DNA of 64,000 nucleotides from Candidatus Levyibacteriota bacterium (GTDB lineage Bacteria; Patescibacteriota; Microgenomatia; Levybacterales; UBA12049): NCBI GenBank assembly GCA_038254115.1, contig JBBSGK010000003.1, positions 9,624 to 73,623 of the forward strand, read 5' to 3'. Shown piece by piece: positions 62,420 to 64,000 of this stretch (position 1 is its first letter; each line of letters starts with the position of its first letter). The notes under the pieces were generated by a model. It saw only the letters and a program-made list of their open reading frames with translations, ran no database searches and was not told where the DNA came from. The position numbers and the translations under genes were made by a program.

Positions 62420-64000
62420 ATGGATAAAGCATACGATCATAAAAAAGCAGAGGAGAAACTCTACGAATTTTGGGAAGAAGAAGGATATTTTAAACCGGAG
62501 ATAAATCCCGACGGAAAACCGTATTGCATTATTCTCCCTCCCCCCAATGCTAATGGTGATCTTCATTTTGGACACGCAATGTTTGTGATTGAGGATATTC
62601 TCGTCCGCTATCATAGAATGAAGGGCTATCAAGCGCTTTGGTTACCGGGAACAGACCACGCTGGCACAGAGACACAATTTGTGTTTGAGAAAAAGCTTCA
62701 GGAAGAAGGAAAATCACGCTTTGACTTTACAAGAGAAGAGCTTTATCAGAAAATCTGGGAATATGTAAAGGAAAATAGAGGAGGGATTGAACAGCAATTA
62801 AAAAGATTGGGTTTTTCTCTTGATTGGAGTAGGTCAAAATTTACACTCGATGAGGATATTGTCGAGCTTGTTAATAAGACATTTAGAAAAATGTATGACG
62901 AGAAGCTAGTCTATCGGGATTATCGTCTAGTTAATTATTGCACAAGAGACGGCACATCTTTCTCAGACCTCGAAACAGTAAGTGAGGAAGTTGAAGGAAT
63001 CTTGTATCACATAAAATATCCAATTAAAGAGGGTGGCCATATTACTGTTGCGACTACACGTCCTGAAACAATGTTTGGTGACGTTGCCGTTATGGTAAAT
63101 CCAAAAGACAAAAGATATAAAGAGCTAGTTGGAAAAACAGTGATTCTCCCCTTAGTAAACCGCGAGATTCCAATTATTGAAGATGAATATGTCGATAAGA
63201 ATTTTGGAACAGGAGCAGTTAAGGTAACTCCCTCACATGATTTTAATGATTTTGAGGTGGGACGGAAACACCAACTGACCTTTCCACCAATAATAGGATG
63301 GAGTGGAAAATTTGAGAAAACAGGAATTGTTGATGGATTATATGTAAAACAAGCTCGAATGGAAGTAATTAGGAGGTTGCAAGAAGAAAATTTATTGGAA
63401 AAAGAGGAATCACACAAAATGGTGGTTAAAAAATGCTACAAGTGCAAAACCGTTCTTGAGCCACTTCCTCTTGAGCAATGGTATGTAAAAGTAAAACCGC
63501 TCACAGAAAAATCGCTAATTGCAATTGAAAAAGATATAAAAATTTATCCCAAGAATTTTGTCTCAACTCTTAAATTTTGGTACAAAAATTTAAGAGATTG
63601 GAACATTTCAAGACAAAATGTCTGGGGTATCAGAATTCCTGTTTGGTATGAGGTTGAGAATGAAGATCGATTTGCAGTTTCATTTCTCGATAAGAATAAG
63701 AAGCTCATCCAAGGTCCCCTTTCGCAATTGCTGAAAAAAGGCTATAAGTTTGAGGAAATTGAAAAAGGCCTCCAGAGAGTTATTGCTTTTATGGAAGCAA
63801 AAGTTGTTTTTAAAGACCAAAAAGAGACAGGTAAGCGCTATCTTCCCGAAACAGACACGTTCGATACATGGTTTTCATCTAGTCAATGGCCGTATGTTAC
63901 TCTCAAGACAACCAAAAAAGGAGACTTTGAAAAATTTTACCCCACAAGCGTTATGGAGACTGGACGGGATATTCTTTTTTTCTGGGTTTCTAGAATGATA
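62420..64000 (+). CDS. valS: valyl-tRNA synthetase, 5' partial (continues beyond window)
   Basis: open frame to window end, absent from ORF track; PPPNANGDLHFGHA (HIGH-type), TRPETMFGD, WFSSSQWP class-I motifs, closest to ValRS. Confidence 0.8.
   Translation, partial: MDKAYDHKKAEEKLYEFWEEEGYFKPEINPDGKPYCIILPPPNANGDLHFGHAMFVIEDILVRYHRMKGYQALWLPGTDHAGTETQFVFEKKLQEEGKSRFDFTREELYQKIWEYVKENRGGIEQQLKRLGFSLDWSRSKFTLDEDIVELVNKTFRKMYDEKLVYRDYRLVNYCTRDGTSFSDLETVSEEVEGILYHIKYPIKEGGHITVATTRPETMFGDVAVMVNPKDKRYKELVGKTVILPLVNREIPIIEDEYVDKNFGTGAVKVTPSHDFNDFEVGRKHQLTFPPIIGWSGKFEKTGIVDGLYVKQARMEVIRRLQEENLLEKEESHKMVVKKCYKCKTVLEPLPLEQWYVKVKPLTEKSLIAIEKDIKIYPKNFVSTLKFWYKNLRDWNISRQNVWGIRIPVWYEVENEDRFAVSFLDKNKKLIQGPLSQLLKKGYKFEEIEKGLQRVIAFMEAKVVFKDQKETGKRYLPETDTFDTWFSSSQWPYVTLKTTKKGDFEKFYPTSVMETGRDILFFWVSRMI

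Noticed and set aside
63007-63417. 136-aa minus-strand ORF
   Set aside because: Antisense within the open valS reading frame.

Overview
This 64-kb window is from an AT-rich bacterium with low-GC coding sequence. It looks like a Candidate Phyla Radiation (CPR)/Patescibacteria-type organism, inferred from the long ribosomal-protein superoperon lacking L30, many extended r-proteins and many membrane/secreted hypotheticals. Contents, in order:

- **1-2.6 kb:** a GC-richer pair of coiled-coil hypotheticals.
- **2.7-26 kb, minus strand:** fusA, a three-gene insertion (GNAT, PIG-L/LmbE deacetylase, GH18-like), tuf, then rpsJ-rplC-rplD-rplW-rplB-rpsS-rplV-rpsC-rplP-rpmC-rpsQ-rplN-rplX-rplE-rpsZ-rpsH-rplF-rplR-rpsE-rplO-secY-adk-cmk-map-infA-rpmJ-rpsM-rpsK-rpsD-rpoA-rplQ-rplM-rpsI.
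- **26-30 kb, plus strand:** pilN/pilO-like genes plus an FN3/Ig surface protein and an FAD oxidoreductase.
- **30-38.6 kb:** an envelope glycosylation cluster (two GT-C glycosyltransferases, an epimerase, a HAD-like hydrolase, a DUF2298 'YYY' membrane protein).
- **38.7-48.6 kb:** a GC-elevated type IV secretion-like island. It holds a VirB2-like pilin, a PrgI/VirB3-like fusion protein, an apparently split VirB4 ATPase, an SGNH-esterase + lytic-transglycosylase fusion, an M23 + HExxH peptidase, and secreted proteins with a novel repeat.
- **48.6-53.3 kb:** the replication origin region (dnaN-dnaA, divergent rpmH-rnpA-yidD-yidC-jag) with DnaA boxes.
- **53.4-64 kb:** an O-antigen-ligase-like protein, a DUF4012-like membrane protein, DedA, pgk, an AlkD-like repair protein, a secreted hypothetical and the 5' part of valS.

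The most unusual feature is non-genic. Heptanucleotide tandem repeat arrays (similar to the short tandemly repeated repetitive, STRR, sequences of cyanobacteria) fill the spacers of the r-protein operons as inverted array pairs, recur as a CTAG-rich family, and are also inserted in-frame into coding sequences. No tRNA, rRNA or CRISPR was found.
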